Assembly (NCBI GenBank): GCA_028714495.1
Contig: JAQTMH010000002.1
Location: 7,219-71,218 of the forward strand
DNA: 64,000 nucleotides
From: Patescibacteria group bacterium
GTDB taxonomy: Bacteria > Patescibacteriota > Patescibacteriia > JAHIZJ01
Reading direction: 5' to 3'
Part shown: positions 46,491-54,818 of the stretch, piece by piece
Layout: every line of letters starts with the position of its first letter
Numbering within the stretch: position 1 is the stretch's first letter
The notes under the pieces: generated by a model
Seen by the model: only the letters and a program-made list of their open reading frames with translations
What the model was told of the DNA's origin: nothing
Databases searched by the model: none
Translations under genes and position numbers: made by a program

Positions 46491-47723
46491 TTATTCCTTG
46501 AACAACACCCCTTCTTTCTGGTAAATCCGGCTGGCAATATACATCGTCACCAAAGCCGTGACAATCATCATGCCGACGGTCAGAAGTATGTGGCTGGTAT
46601 TATAAACGCCGATTAGTACTTCTTTGAACAAGAGCACGGTATTGACTATGGGTATGGCGAAAAATCCCAAGGTCGCCTGAAAGCTGGGAAGCATGTTAAC
46701 GAGCACGACTGGTAAAATGACTACGAGATACGACGGCCCGATATAGCTTTGGGCTTCTTTGTAACTTTTGGCGAAAATCGCCACCGAAAGATTTAGGGCG
46801 GAGAAAAGCATGACCAATAAAATGCTCACCCCGAACATTATGGCCACGGCTTGGGGTTCAAGCGAAAAATTTATGCTAGAAGTATTGGATTGAATAACTC
46901 CGCTGGCCTGCGAACTCGTAGCCGCCGTGAAAAAATCAGCTCCGCCAAAGGCAAATACCGCGTACATGCTTCCCAGCGCGACTATTTCCGAGGTTAAGGC
47001 GGCTGTCGCTACGGCTAGAAATTTGCCAAAGACGATCTGCAAACGGCTGACCGGCGTAAGAATCAAGGCCTCCAATGTTTTACGTTCTTTCTCGCCGGCT
47101 GATGTGTCAACCGCCGCGTTCTGCCCCCCGATTACGGCCCACATAATAATAAACAGAGGTAGAAGATAGCTCAGGCCAAAACCGCCCAATTCTTGCTCAG
47201 TCGCTACCTCTTTGGCTTGGAGAGACAGACCGTTTTGGATTTCCGGTGTGATGTTTTTACTTCCGAGCCGTCCCTGAAGAATCAGCTGATTGTACTGGGT
47301 TACCGCGGTCGTGAGCCTGGCTAAAGCGGTTGATGATTTCGAATTAAGAGAATTTCGGTAGACTTCAGCGACAACCGGTTCTTCGGCCTTTATGGCTGAC
47401 TGGAAATTATCCGGAAAAACCACGGCTGCGTCAACTTTCTTATTTTTAACTTCGGCTTGGAAATCGCCGGCCAGAGCTTTTACTTCAACTTTTGGTAATT
47501 GGCGTAGAATTGTTACAAAATCTTGGGCGACCGCTTCGTTCACGACGCCGATAATCACAGCCTGCTCTTGGGCGTTCTTGATTTGCGCCATAGTAAACTT
47601 ACCCATGCCAACTATTATCCCAGGCATCAGAACCATCGGTAAAATTATGGTCGACATCAAGGTCCGGCGATCGCGGATATTGTCTTTTAGCTCTTTTTTC
47701 CAAATGGTAAAAACATTCTTCAT
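46491..47723 (-). CDS. ABC-2 family transporter permease
   Basis: N-terminal TM, large extracytoplasmic domain, and five C-terminal TM helices. Start at internal Met MKNVFTIWKKELKDN, overlapping the ATPase stop (ATGA). Confidence 0.7.
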   Translation of the reverse strand: MKNVFTIWKKELKDNIRDRRTLMSTIILPMVLMPGIIVGMGKFTMAQIKNAQEQAVIIGVVNEAVAQDFVTILRQLPKVEVKALAGDFQAEVKNKKVDAAVVFPDNFQSAIKAEEPVVAEVYRNSLNSKSSTALARLTTAVTQYNQLILQGRLGSKNITPEIQNGLSLQAKEVATEQELGGFGLSYLLPLFIIMWAVIGGQNAAVDTSAGEKERKTLEALILTPVSRLQIVFGKFLAVATAALTSEIVALGSMYAVFAFGGADFFTAATSSQASGVIQSNTSSINFSLEPQAVAIMFGVSILLVMLFSALNLSVAIFAKSYKEAQSYIGPSYLVVILPVVLVNMLPSFQATLGFFAIPIVNTVLLFKEVLIGVYNTSHILLTVGMMIVTALVTMYIASRIYQKEGVLFKE

Positions 47724-48670
47724 AGATTTTTTACCTTTCTCTGGAACCTTTTTGCGATGAAAGATAAAATGATGCCTAGAGCTGCTAGCCCATATCCAAT
47801 AGTAACATTGTACCAACCCAGAAAATTTCCTAGAAAGCCGAAGACAATCAAAACAATCGCGGTGATTCTTAGAATTAGGATAGTTTGAAAAGAAGACAAC
47901 CTCTTGCCCTTAGTTTTCTTTTCGCCTTGATCAATTATCGCTGGCTGATCTCCGCGAATCATATTGACAAAGGCGCTTTCTAAATCCACCGCCCGAGTAT
48001 GCTGCTTGATCGCCGCGACTGTATCCACCGCGATAATCCTGCCTTTGTGCATTATCGCCACCCGGTCGCAGAGCTTTTCCGCGTCAGCCATTTCGTGGGT
48101 TGAAAGAATTACCAGCCTGCCTTCTCCCCTGACCCGCTGGATAAACCTCATGACTGTTTGCGAAGCTAAAACATCCAAACCGGCAGTCGGCTCATCGAAA
48201 ATTATCACTTTTGGGTCGTGAATCACTGATCGGGCAATGGCCAGTTTCTGCTTCATGCCGGTTGAATATTTGCCAGATCGTTTATCGGCAAAATCCCGCA
48301 TATCCAATAAATCAATCAATTCATTTATCCGGTTTTCCAGCTTTTCGCCCGCTAAGCCATAGAGTTCGCCGAAATACCTGAGATTCTCACGGCCGGTAAA
48401 ACGTTCATAGACTCCAATTTCAGTAGTTAATACGCCGACATTCTGCCTAACTTCTTTGGATTGTCTAGAAATATCAAAACCAGCTACCTCGGCTGTACCT
48501 GAGGTTGCCTGTAAAACCGTGGCAATGACTCGAATCGTCGTGGTCTTCCCCGCGCCGTTTGGCCCCAATAATCCAAATACTTCCCCGGATTTAGCCTGCA
48601 AACTTACATTATCAACGGCTGTAAAGGTATTAAATTTCTTGACTAAATTCTTGATATCGAGAAGTAACAT
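47720..48670 (-). CDS. ABC transporter ATP-binding protein with unusual C-terminal two-helix membrane extension
   Basis: Walker A GPNGAGKTT, signature YSTGMKQKLAIA, Walker B IIFDEPTAGLD. C-terminal ILILRITAIVLIVFGFLGNFLGWYNVTIGYGLAALGIILSFIA. Confidence 0.8.
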   Translation of the reverse strand: MLLLDIKNLVKKFNTFTAVDNVSLQAKSGEVFGLLGPNGAGKTTTIRVIATVLQATSGTAEVAGFDISRQSKEVRQNVGVLTTEIGVYERFTGRENLRYFGELYGLAGEKLENRINELIDLLDMRDFADKRSGKYSTGMKQKLAIARSVIHDPKVIIFDEPTAGLDVLASQTVMRFIQRVRGEGRLVILSTHEMADAEKLCDRVAIMHKGRIIAVDTVAAIKQHTRAVDLESAFVNMIRGDQPAIIDQGEKKTKGKRLSSFQTILILRITAIVLIVFGFLGNFLGWYNVTIGYGLAALGIILSFIAKRFQRKVKNL

Positions 48671-49249
48671 AGTCCTATAGCATATCAAATTTATACTTAT
48701 TGTTCAAACCAAGGTACCAAAAAAGAGGAACAACGGAGTGTTTCTTTCCTACCGTGGCGGTTCAACCGAAGCGGTTTTTTTCTACCCGGCTTAGCCGATT
48801 TTTTACTTCCGACTTCTACTCGGCTTTAGCCGAGGGTCTCAAAGGCTTTAGCCCTGATAGTCTATCATAATCTATCCAACCCTTACTATCCTCACCAGTA
48901 TCAATAACTGAATATACCAATTTCCGTGCGTATTCTTCACCAAATTTATCTTCAATCTGTCGATAACTAGAAAATGGATTTTCTCTCAATTCCTGAAAGG
49001 TATTTACCTCTTTTCACCACACTACCTTCTAACTGACTTTAGTCAGGTTGGTAATTTAGTAGCGATAACCCCGCCCCCATCCTAACATAGGCCGCAGATG
49101 ATAGACGCTAAACCGCTAGGCGGCTTCGCCTTATGACCATTATATACCAAGGCTGTGGTTGGGATGGAGACGGGGTTATTTGCGGTGACTTCGACGTCGG
49201 CCTGACTATGGTTATTTACTTTTACCCATTATTTTTGCTAGTTCTATGC

Positions 49250-49645
49250 AAATAAAAAATGGGGCACCGAGTATGATCCCCTTACTTACCTTAGCTCGGT
49301 CGCCCCATGCCCGGGTTTCGTAATGAACAATCGCACTCGCTTGCGCGCTATATCAGTCCCGATTTGCGGGACGACTCCCGGTTAAAGGAGGGAGGATTTA
49401 AACCTCCTGCGCACTAGGCAGCCAACCTGACGTGAAAGGGTGAAACACCTTTTCCTCGCCCGCGAGGCTAGCCAGTCACCTCCTTTTCTCTTTGCCGTCG
49501 CCAGCACGGCGAGGCAAACCACACGCGCTTGCTTGTGGACTCTCGGACCCTAGGGACCCGAGAATGAGCATGCCTAGAGCCGTTTCCAGCCTAGGCACTA
49601 CTATCATATATTAATATAAAAACTTGTCAACCTAGGGGGTCGGGA
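49250..49645 (-). ncRNA. Candidate structured non-coding RNA (unassigned family) with its own promoter-like element and intrinsic terminator, immediately downstream of tRNA-Pro
   Basis: Roughly 400 nt, G+C-rich, with no credible ORF. Many stems (GCCUAGGCUGGAAACGGCUCUAGGC, GGAGGUUUAAAUCCUCC, GCGAGG...CCUCGC). GUGAAAGGGUGAAACACC-like motif on the opposite strand. Terminator-like GGGGAUCAUACUCGGUGCCCC plus U-run near 49255. TTGACA-N16-TATGAT on the minus strand near 49600-49640. Confidence 0.25.
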
Positions 49646-49681
49646 CAAGTTTGAAAATATGGCATTCCCACCTTTCTCCAG

Positions 49682-49755
49682 TCGGGGTGGAGAGACTTGA
49701 ACTCTCGACCTCACGCACCCGAAGCGTGCGCTCTAGCCAACTGAGCTACACCCCG
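49682..49755 (-). tRNA. tRNA-Pro (anticodon CGG)
   Basis: Reverse complement CGGGGTG-TA-GCTC-AGTTGGCTA-GAGC-G-CACGC-TTCGGGT-GCGTG-AGGTC-GAGAG-TTCAAGT-CTCTC-CACCCCG-A folds as a canonical 74-nt cloverleaf. No encoded CCA. Followed by a hairpin/T-run terminator. Confidence 0.85.
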
Positions 49756-49907
49756 ACTGAAGAAACGTGTTGTACGTCTTACCCTATTTTATCAATAATG
49801 GTTAAAAAAATAAAGGCTGTTTGACGGCTGCTGGTAAATCGTATCCTAATATATTTTTTTAGCAAACCTTAGCAAAATTAAGTGCATAACTGGTGCAAAA
49901 GCCGGCA

Positions 49908-49936
49908 TTGACAGCGGTCTAATTCAGAACTATACT
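49908..49936 (+). promoter_or_regulatory. Sigma70-like promoter TTGACA-N17-TATACT
   Basis: Seen directly. About 80 nt upstream of the 50015 ORF. Confidence 0.45.
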
Positions 49937-50014
49937 TGATTGTTTCGGAAAGTGAAGGGTATGGTTCTTGACTGACCGGTCCTTTCAAAACCGAACACCA
50001 AAAGGGCTTGCATC

Positions 50015-50551
50015 ATGAAAGGGGTGGTCATTATGACTAGCCGCAACGGTCTAGCGAAAGGGCAGTCCGGCAGACTCCCGAATAGGAAAACAGTGGAGGA
50101 GATCAACCGAATCAATCGGGGGCTCCATTCCATGTACATCCTGTTCTCTGTCTTCACCGGCGTCTACGTAGCTCTGATGTGGTTCGAGGCGTTTCAGAAG
50201 GTAGGTTTCCTGGAGTGCGTTTACGCTGCACGCTGGACAGGGATCTCCTATCCAGCTTGCGTGGCCTACAACGCGTTCCTGGCTATCTACGTCTACAACA
50301 AAGAGCAAACACGCAAGTGCTTGCTCAAACGAACAACTCGGCGTGGTGGTCGCTGGGTTGCGATCTGGTGGCTGAGCCTAGGTACCATCTTGCTGCTGCA
50401 AGTCTTCGTCACTGGCGTATCGCTTCCTCACCTGCTCGTTCCGCAGTGCATCATTGTGCTATTCGTCTTCTTTGGCAGCGAGGCATTCAAGAAGCGATTC
50501 ATCAAGAAGATGGGCGGCCAAGCAGATGACATGATTGACACAACTTGCTAA
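50015..50551 (+). CDS. Membrane protein, hypothetical (G+C-rich segment)
   Basis: 178 aa, four hydrophobic helices. Promoter upstream. Confidence 0.5.
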   Translation: MKGVVIMTSRNGLAKGQSGRLPNRKTVEEINRINRGLHSMYILFSVFTGVYVALMWFEAFQKVGFLECVYAARWTGISYPACVAYNAFLAIYVYNKEQTRKCLLKRTTRRGGRWVAIWWLSLGTILLLQVFVTGVSLPHLLVPQCIIVLFVFFGSEAFKKRFIKKMGGQADDMIDTTC

Positions 50552-50654
50552 GCCCAAATGGTGTTTCGTGAAGGGGCATTCCGCGATCGGAGTGCCCCTT
50601 TTTCTAATAGAAAAGCCCGGCTGCTTCAAGCAAACCGGGCTAGACCAATAGGCG

Positions 50655-51833
50655 TTAGGACGCCATCGGCCATTCATCAGCGTCTGTCTGATCAGCCGGA
50701 TTATCCGTCTGACCAAATTCATTCGCTGACTGACCAAAGAGCATTTCACCGGCGATTTCCTTCAAGGTGGCCAGGACGCGATCATGGCCAATCCCTGATT
50801 CCTGGGTTCTTGTGTAATCAACCGCCCTGATTACCACCTCGAAATCACCAACCGAATTCCACTCCTTTAGGTGACAGGCAAGGCGATCCAGTTCAGCCGG
50901 ATCAGCCAGAGCGCTTTCAACCAGTATCTGATCCAGTACGCGCCAATCACCTACAACCGCTACCAGTTTGTCCGCCTGTCTCTCCCAGAAGCGGCGGCGA
51001 GCCTCCTGGACCATATGGTAGGCAATCCAGAAAAGCGTCGTGTACACCGGGTCGGGATCCCTGCGCCTGAGCCAGTCAAACATTATCTGCGTGATCTCAT
51101 GGGCCTTGACTAGGCGCTTGAGTGGAGGCTTTTTGCCCCAGCCACGCAGGATTTCGACCAAGCGGTGATGATCCTGCGGATCACCCGGCAAATCGCACGC
51201 GTAGGCGATGTCTGAAAGCACCCTCCAACCGCCCACATCAACCGCGATGTTATGCAGGCAGTCTCCCGGACTGACCGCGGCTGAAGCCAATTGATTCTGG
51301 AGGCGGCTTGTGAACAACGGCTGAGTAGTTTCAGCAGGGTTATGCCCCTTCCCGCCTAAATCAGGAAGTTCAGTCTGTCTGTCAGGTTCAGCGGTTTGGT
51401 CAATCGACGACCCTTTCAGCTCATGAGTTGGGCCTGACCGTTCCAGATTGCCCTGATTGTGACCGATGGCGCGGAACAACGCGGCATTCACAATCAGCCG
51501 GAACAGCGCTGGATTTACTGACCGAGGAATGAAACCGTCGGCTCCGCACTGTCTCGCTGCTTTACGGCACATCGCGTGGTTCTGACCGGCCGGGATATTA
51601 GCCATCAGATAAATCGGGGGCCGCAAAATCAGCCTAAGCTTCTTGCTTTCCTGGACCAGGCGCAGACCAGGCGATTCATCAGATTCGGCTAAGACTAGAT
51701 CGGGCTGAAAGCAAGAGATCATAGTCAGGGCTGAGGCCAAATCGGACGCGCCGCAGACCTCAACCCCAGCCAGCAGATCGGAGTAACTAGCCAAACGACC
51801 CAGATTGATGTCAAATACCAGGATTCGTTCCAT
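50655..51833 (-). CDS. Response-regulator receiver (REC-like) domain protein with large uncharacterised C-terminal domain
   Basis: N-terminal RILVFDIN...PDLVLAES...PIYLMANIP...GADGFIPRSV follows the CheY-like (beta-alpha)5 pattern. The phospho-acceptor position is atypical. G+C-rich. Confidence 0.45.
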   Translation of the reverse strand: MERILVFDINLGRLASYSDLLAGVEVCGASDLASALTMISCFQPDLVLAESDESPGLRLVQESKKLRLILRPPIYLMANIPAGQNHAMCRKAARQCGADGFIPRSVNPALFRLIVNAALFRAIGHNQGNLERSGPTHELKGSSIDQTAEPDRQTELPDLGGKGHNPAETTQPLFTSRLQNQLASAAVSPGDCLHNIAVDVGGWRVLSDIAYACDLPGDPQDHHRLVEILRGWGKKPPLKRLVKAHEITQIMFDWLRRRDPDPVYTTLFWIAYHMVQEARRRFWERQADKLVAVVGDWRVLDQILVESALADPAELDRLACHLKEWNSVGDFEVVIRAVDYTRTQESGIGHDRVLATLKEIAGEMLFGQSANEFGQTDNPADQTDADEWPMAS

Positions 51834-52118
51834 GACCCAACCTCCTCTTTGTGACTCATAATAAAAAGAGCCTCATTAGAGGAGGCGTCATTTCTAGGGA
51901 CTAATCCTTATTGTCCCTGAGCTTTGTAACTATAACCTTGATGCCGGTTACGCTACTGGCTCCCGATGAACTGTACCCCTTAGCTAAAGCTATGGGGTAA
52001 AGCGTCCAAATTCAGTTCATCGTTCGACGCCTCATCATTACTACCCTAGTGTTTCCAGGATAGTAAAAAAACATTAGCATATTGTTTTCAGAATGTCAAG
52101 CCCCTGCGGATACTGCCC

Positions 52119-52147
52119 TTGACTAATCAAATCTTTGCTGATATTAT
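52119..52147 (+). promoter_or_regulatory. Sigma70-like promoter TTGACT-N17-TATTAT driving a short plus-strand unit
   Basis: Seen directly. Downstream leader has a 9-bp hairpin CTCCAGCGG...CCGCTGGAG that partly sequesters a GGAGGG Shine-Dalgarno. Confidence 0.45.
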
Positions 52148-52232
52148 GGAATGCTCTTTTACAAATAGACATTCTCTCCAGCGGGGAGCGTAGAAACCAT
52201 ATTCCGCTTTCTCCGCTGGAGGGAATCGAAGG

Positions 52233-52298
52233 ATGATGGCCAAAATCATCGAATCACGAGTTCGTCGCGTGGTTCGCTCCTTCACTCTCCGGGCTTAA
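52233..52298 (+). CDS. Candidate 21-aa leader/micro-peptide MMAKIIESRVRRVVRSFTLRA
   Basis: GGAGGG lies 9 nt upstream of ATGATG. It sits in a promoter-to-terminator unit. Not in the ORF track (<60 aa). Confidence 0.25.
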   Translation: MMAKIIESRVRRVVRSFTLRA

Positions 52299-52317
52299 GC
52301 AACTAAACAGCAAAGCC

Positions 52318-52470
52318 ATGCGGTTTCTCTTCCTGCTCGTACTGACCATCATTCTTCTGAAGCTCTTTCTGCCTGAACTTGCCATCCCCGCCATTGAAAT
52401 CCTCCACCGACTGTTGACGATCCTTGGCGAGTTCCTTAAGCAGTTCACAAGTTCTATCCCCGGCATTTGA
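52318..52470 (+). CDS. Candidate 50-aa hydrophobic peptide MRFLFLLVLTIILLKLFLPELAIPAIEILHRLLTILGEFLKQFTSSIPGI
   Basis: Lies between the leader ORF and the terminator at 52493-52534. No obvious SD. Competing minus-strand ORFs (52303..52509, 52254..52502) overlap. Coding strand uncertain. Confidence 0.2.
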   Translation: MRFLFLLVLTIILLKLFLPELAIPAIEILHRLLTILGEFLKQFTSSIPGI

Positions 52471-52492
52471 TGCTGGAGATAGACACACCTCG

Positions 52493-52534
52493 AGCGCCCC
52501 AAAGACCATCTGGTCTAGGGCGCTCTTTTCTTTG
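52493..52534 (+). terminator. Intrinsic terminator GAGCGCCC-(nested loop)-GGGCGCTC plus TTTTCTTT
   Basis: 8-bp G+C stem with an inner AGACCATCTGGTCT hairpin in the loop, followed by a T-run. Confidence 0.5.
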
Positions 52535-52576
52535 CCATAGAACCAATAAAAGTGATGAGTAGAAGATAATCCTTTG

Positions 52577-52612
52577 GTAACTACATTATCGAAGCCTAGG
52601 GCAAAGACCCGC
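52577..52612. repeat. Direct repeat copy 1 (about 36 nt, GGTAACTACATTATCGAAGCCTAGGGCAAAGACC)
   Basis: Near-identical copy at 52745-52780 (GGTTATTACATTATCGGAGCCATAGGCAAAGAAC). Each is followed by a local hairpin. Confidence 0.5.
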
Positions 52613-52744
52613 CGAAGGCCGCTTTGAATAACCTATTTGATGGTGAAAAGAAATTACTGCTTAGTGAAGTAAGTGTAAATAACTGGTGACCGGAGGCGGG
52701 TAAACAATTTGCTACGCCAAAAGGTAAATAAATGCCATAATTTG

Positions 52745-52780
52745 GTTATTACATTATCGGAGCCATAGGCAAAGAACACC
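52745..52780. repeat. Direct repeat copy 2
   Basis: See copy 1. Spacing about 168 nt in a non-coding G+C-rich stretch. Confidence 0.5.
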
Positions 52781-52965
52781 CGTACCACTTCGGGTACGGG
52801 GCAGGCTGCCGAGCCCCGGCCTTAAGTGCCGAGGGGAGGCGGGTATGGTTAATTAATCACCCCCCGGTTGATATTGGAGATGCCGGATCAGGTCCGGCAT
52901 GACTACTGTGTGGTATCTTCAAGCCAAAGCAAATTCCGCCCAAGGTTCAAGCACTTAATAAAAAA

Positions 52966-52994
52966 CAACAGCCCCGTCTTCCAGGGCCGTTGTC
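52966..52994 (-). terminator. Intrinsic terminator (ACAACGGCCC-loop-GGGGCUGUUGU followed by UUUUUUAUU on the minus strand)
   Basis: Lies 10 nt downstream of the micropeptide A stop. Confidence 0.55.
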
Positions 52995-53003
52995 TCTAGT
53001 ACC

Positions 53004-53051
53004 TTAGCAAGTGCAAGGATCATTGCCACAGGTTGGGCATGGTTCTGTCAT
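53004..53051 (-). CDS. Cys-rich micropeptide, 15 aa: MTEPCPTCGNDPCTC (CPxCG knuckle)
   Basis: AAGGAGA lies 8 nt upstream of ATG. Possible -10 TATAAT with adjacent TG at 53087-53094 (minus strand); the putative -35 is poor. In-frame stop 7 codons upstream, so no longer ORF exists. Strong terminator immediately downstream. Not in the ORF track (<60 aa). Confidence 0.35.
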   Translation of the reverse strand: MTEPCPTCGNDPCTC

Positions 53052-53265
53052 GGTGGAAATCTCCTTATATTAATGACTTTAAGAATATTATACAGTATTT
53101 TCCTTTTTTAAAAAACAATATTTTTATGGCTAACATTAGTCAATTTTTAGATATTATACAATATAAATATTACCTATTTACCTAATAAATGCCTTGTTTT
53201 TATTGCTTATTTACATATTTCAGCTATAATTAGAGCATAATGTTAATAACTTATTAAGGAGACGT

Positions 53266-53550
53266 ATGTCGAAATCAATGAGTAAGTCTCAGCTACACGC
53301 GCTTCTGGCCGAGAAATCAGGACGCTCAAAAAAAGAGGTCAGTGATTTCCTGGACCTATTGGTGACCACCGCCTACAACGAAGCAAAAAATGGCGGCGAG
53401 TTTTCACTGCCAGGTCTTGGTAAACTGGTCAAGAAGCATCGCGCAGCTCGTCAAGGACGCAACCCTGCCACTGGAGCCACTATCCAGATCCCGGCGAAAA
53501 CGGTTTTGAAGTTCCGCGTGGCCAAAGCAGCCAAAGACGCGATTCTCTAG
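53266..53550 (+). CDS. hup: HU family DNA-binding protein
   Basis: GRNPATGATIQIPAKTVLKFRVAKAAKDAI matches the HU/IHF arm signature (GRNP.TG). Promoter TTGCTT-N16-TATAAT and AAGGAG RBS upstream. Confidence 0.9.
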   Translation: MSKSMSKSQLHALLAEKSGRSKKEVSDFLDLLVTTAYNEAKNGGEFSLPGLGKLVKKHRAARQGRNPATGATIQIPAKTVLKFRVAKAAKDAIL

Positions 53551-53562
53551 TTACTAGAAAGT

Positions 53563-53600
53563 CAAAACCAAAAAAGGTCTTCAATCGAAGGCCTTTTTGG
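53563..53600 (+). terminator. Intrinsic terminator after hup (AAGGTCTTCAATCGAAGGCCTT plus TTTTGG)
   Basis: Seen directly. Confidence 0.45.
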
Positions 53601-53622
53601 TTATCATTTTTTAATATGGTTT

Positions 53623-54060
53623 TTATCTTCTCCGATATAAACCCACCAATTCAGCTGAGTCAAGGCTGTGCTTATTAACTTCAGAAACGAAATTCTGACG
53701 GTTAAGATTTTCCAGTTTTTCGGTATCCAGAGCGTAAACCGTGAAGATATAGTGATGCACCCCCGAAGGCGGGCAAGGACTGCCATAAGATGTTTTGCCA
53801 TAGTCATTTTCAACCTCCGTAGCTCCGGCTGGACAACCGCAATTCTCTGGCAATTCCCTAGTGCTGACCGGGATGTTTGACACCAGCCAGTGAGCAAATT
53901 CACCGCCAGGCGCATCTGGATCAAGGCAGGTCAGGGCAAAGCTTTTTGTGCCATCAGGAAAACCTTCCCAAGCCAAATGCGGAGAAATTTCATCCCCATC
54001 GCAAGTGTAGGTTGGCGGGAGGTTTCCTTCGTGTTCAAAGTTTTTACTTTTTAGATTCAT
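53623..54060 (-). CDS. YbhB/YbcL family PEBP (Raf-kinase-inhibitor-like) protein
   Basis: FALTCLDPDAPGGEFAHWLVSNIP contains the DPDAP PEBP signature. Confidence 0.8.
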   Translation of the reverse strand: MNLKSKNFEHEGNLPPTYTCDGDEISPHLAWEGFPDGTKSFALTCLDPDAPGGEFAHWLVSNIPVSTRELPENCGCPAGATEVENDYGKTSYGSPCPPSGVHHYIFTVYALDTEKLENLNRQNFVSEVNKHSLDSAELVGLYRRR

Positions 54061-54140
54061 ATAGTCTAATGTTTCGTCTCATGCTGCGTTGTTTTGCTAT
54101 AACATATACACCATATTGTATGCCGTAATACGAGGAGTCA

Positions 54141-54785
54141 TTATTCCAAAATCAGTTTAGTATAAAGCTCAAAAAGCAGATGTTTCTCTCCTCGGTATGG
54201 AATAACGATATTTTTATTAAAATCTGCATGCTTCATATTTTTTATCACTATATTGTCTGCTCCTTCGATTGTTTTACGGCCAAATCCAAAATGTAATAAT
54301 TTACGACCTAGATTTAAAAACATATCTTCGTTTGAAAAAATATTCGTTATCTTGACCGGTTGCGGAAAATCCACGAAGCTTTTTTTATGAGGAGTCGCAA
54401 CATAGATAAGATGGATAATACCCCCTAGTTCTTTAGAGTATCTGAGTGAATCTTCTGCAACAATTCCCCCAAGGCTTTTGCCTAATAGTACTACTCGATC
54501 ATATCCAGGTCGTTTCTTTAAAAATTTAGAAAGTTTTTTAGCGGCTAGATTGATAAAAATAATATTGTAAAATCCCTTAATCCATTTGAAAACATGTATA
54601 TCAATTTCTGGGGTATGTTTTTCAATATGATCTTTTAAGACGTAAGCCCAGGCATCTCCTTGTCTATCTACGCCAAAGTAATTATAGAACTTGTGAAAAT
54701 ATTTTTTCAAAAATCGAGGGATTCCAGCTCCCGATCCAGGAATAATTATTAATAAGGTTCGCATGAAGTTATTATTTATAAACAA
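54141..54785 (-). CDS. Alpha/beta-hydrolase (lipase/esterase-like, GXSXG)
   Basis: N-terminal LLIIIPGSGAG oxyanion-hole-like region and nucleophile elbow LLGKSLGGIVA. Confidence 0.55.
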   Translation of the reverse strand: MFINNNFMRTLLIIIPGSGAGIPRFLKKYFHKFYNYFGVDRQGDAWAYVLKDHIEKHTPEIDIHVFKWIKGFYNIIFINLAAKKLSKFLKKRPGYDRVVLLGKSLGGIVAEDSLRYSKELGGIIHLIYVATPHKKSFVDFPQPVKITNIFSNEDMFLNLGRKLLHFGFGRKTIEGADNIVIKNMKHADFNKNIVIPYRGEKHLLFELYTKLILE

Positions 54786-54818
54786 GCTGCTCGTATTTTG
54801 TCATATAACTAATATTCA

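Noticed and set aside
52254-52509. Minus-strand 82-aa and 68-aa ORFs in the 52.2-52.5 kb region
   Set aside because: No RBS or promoter. The 82-aa product is Arg-rich junk. The plus strand has a consensus promoter, leader hairpin, SD and terminator. The 68-aa product is protein-like, so strand assignment remains somewhat uncertain.
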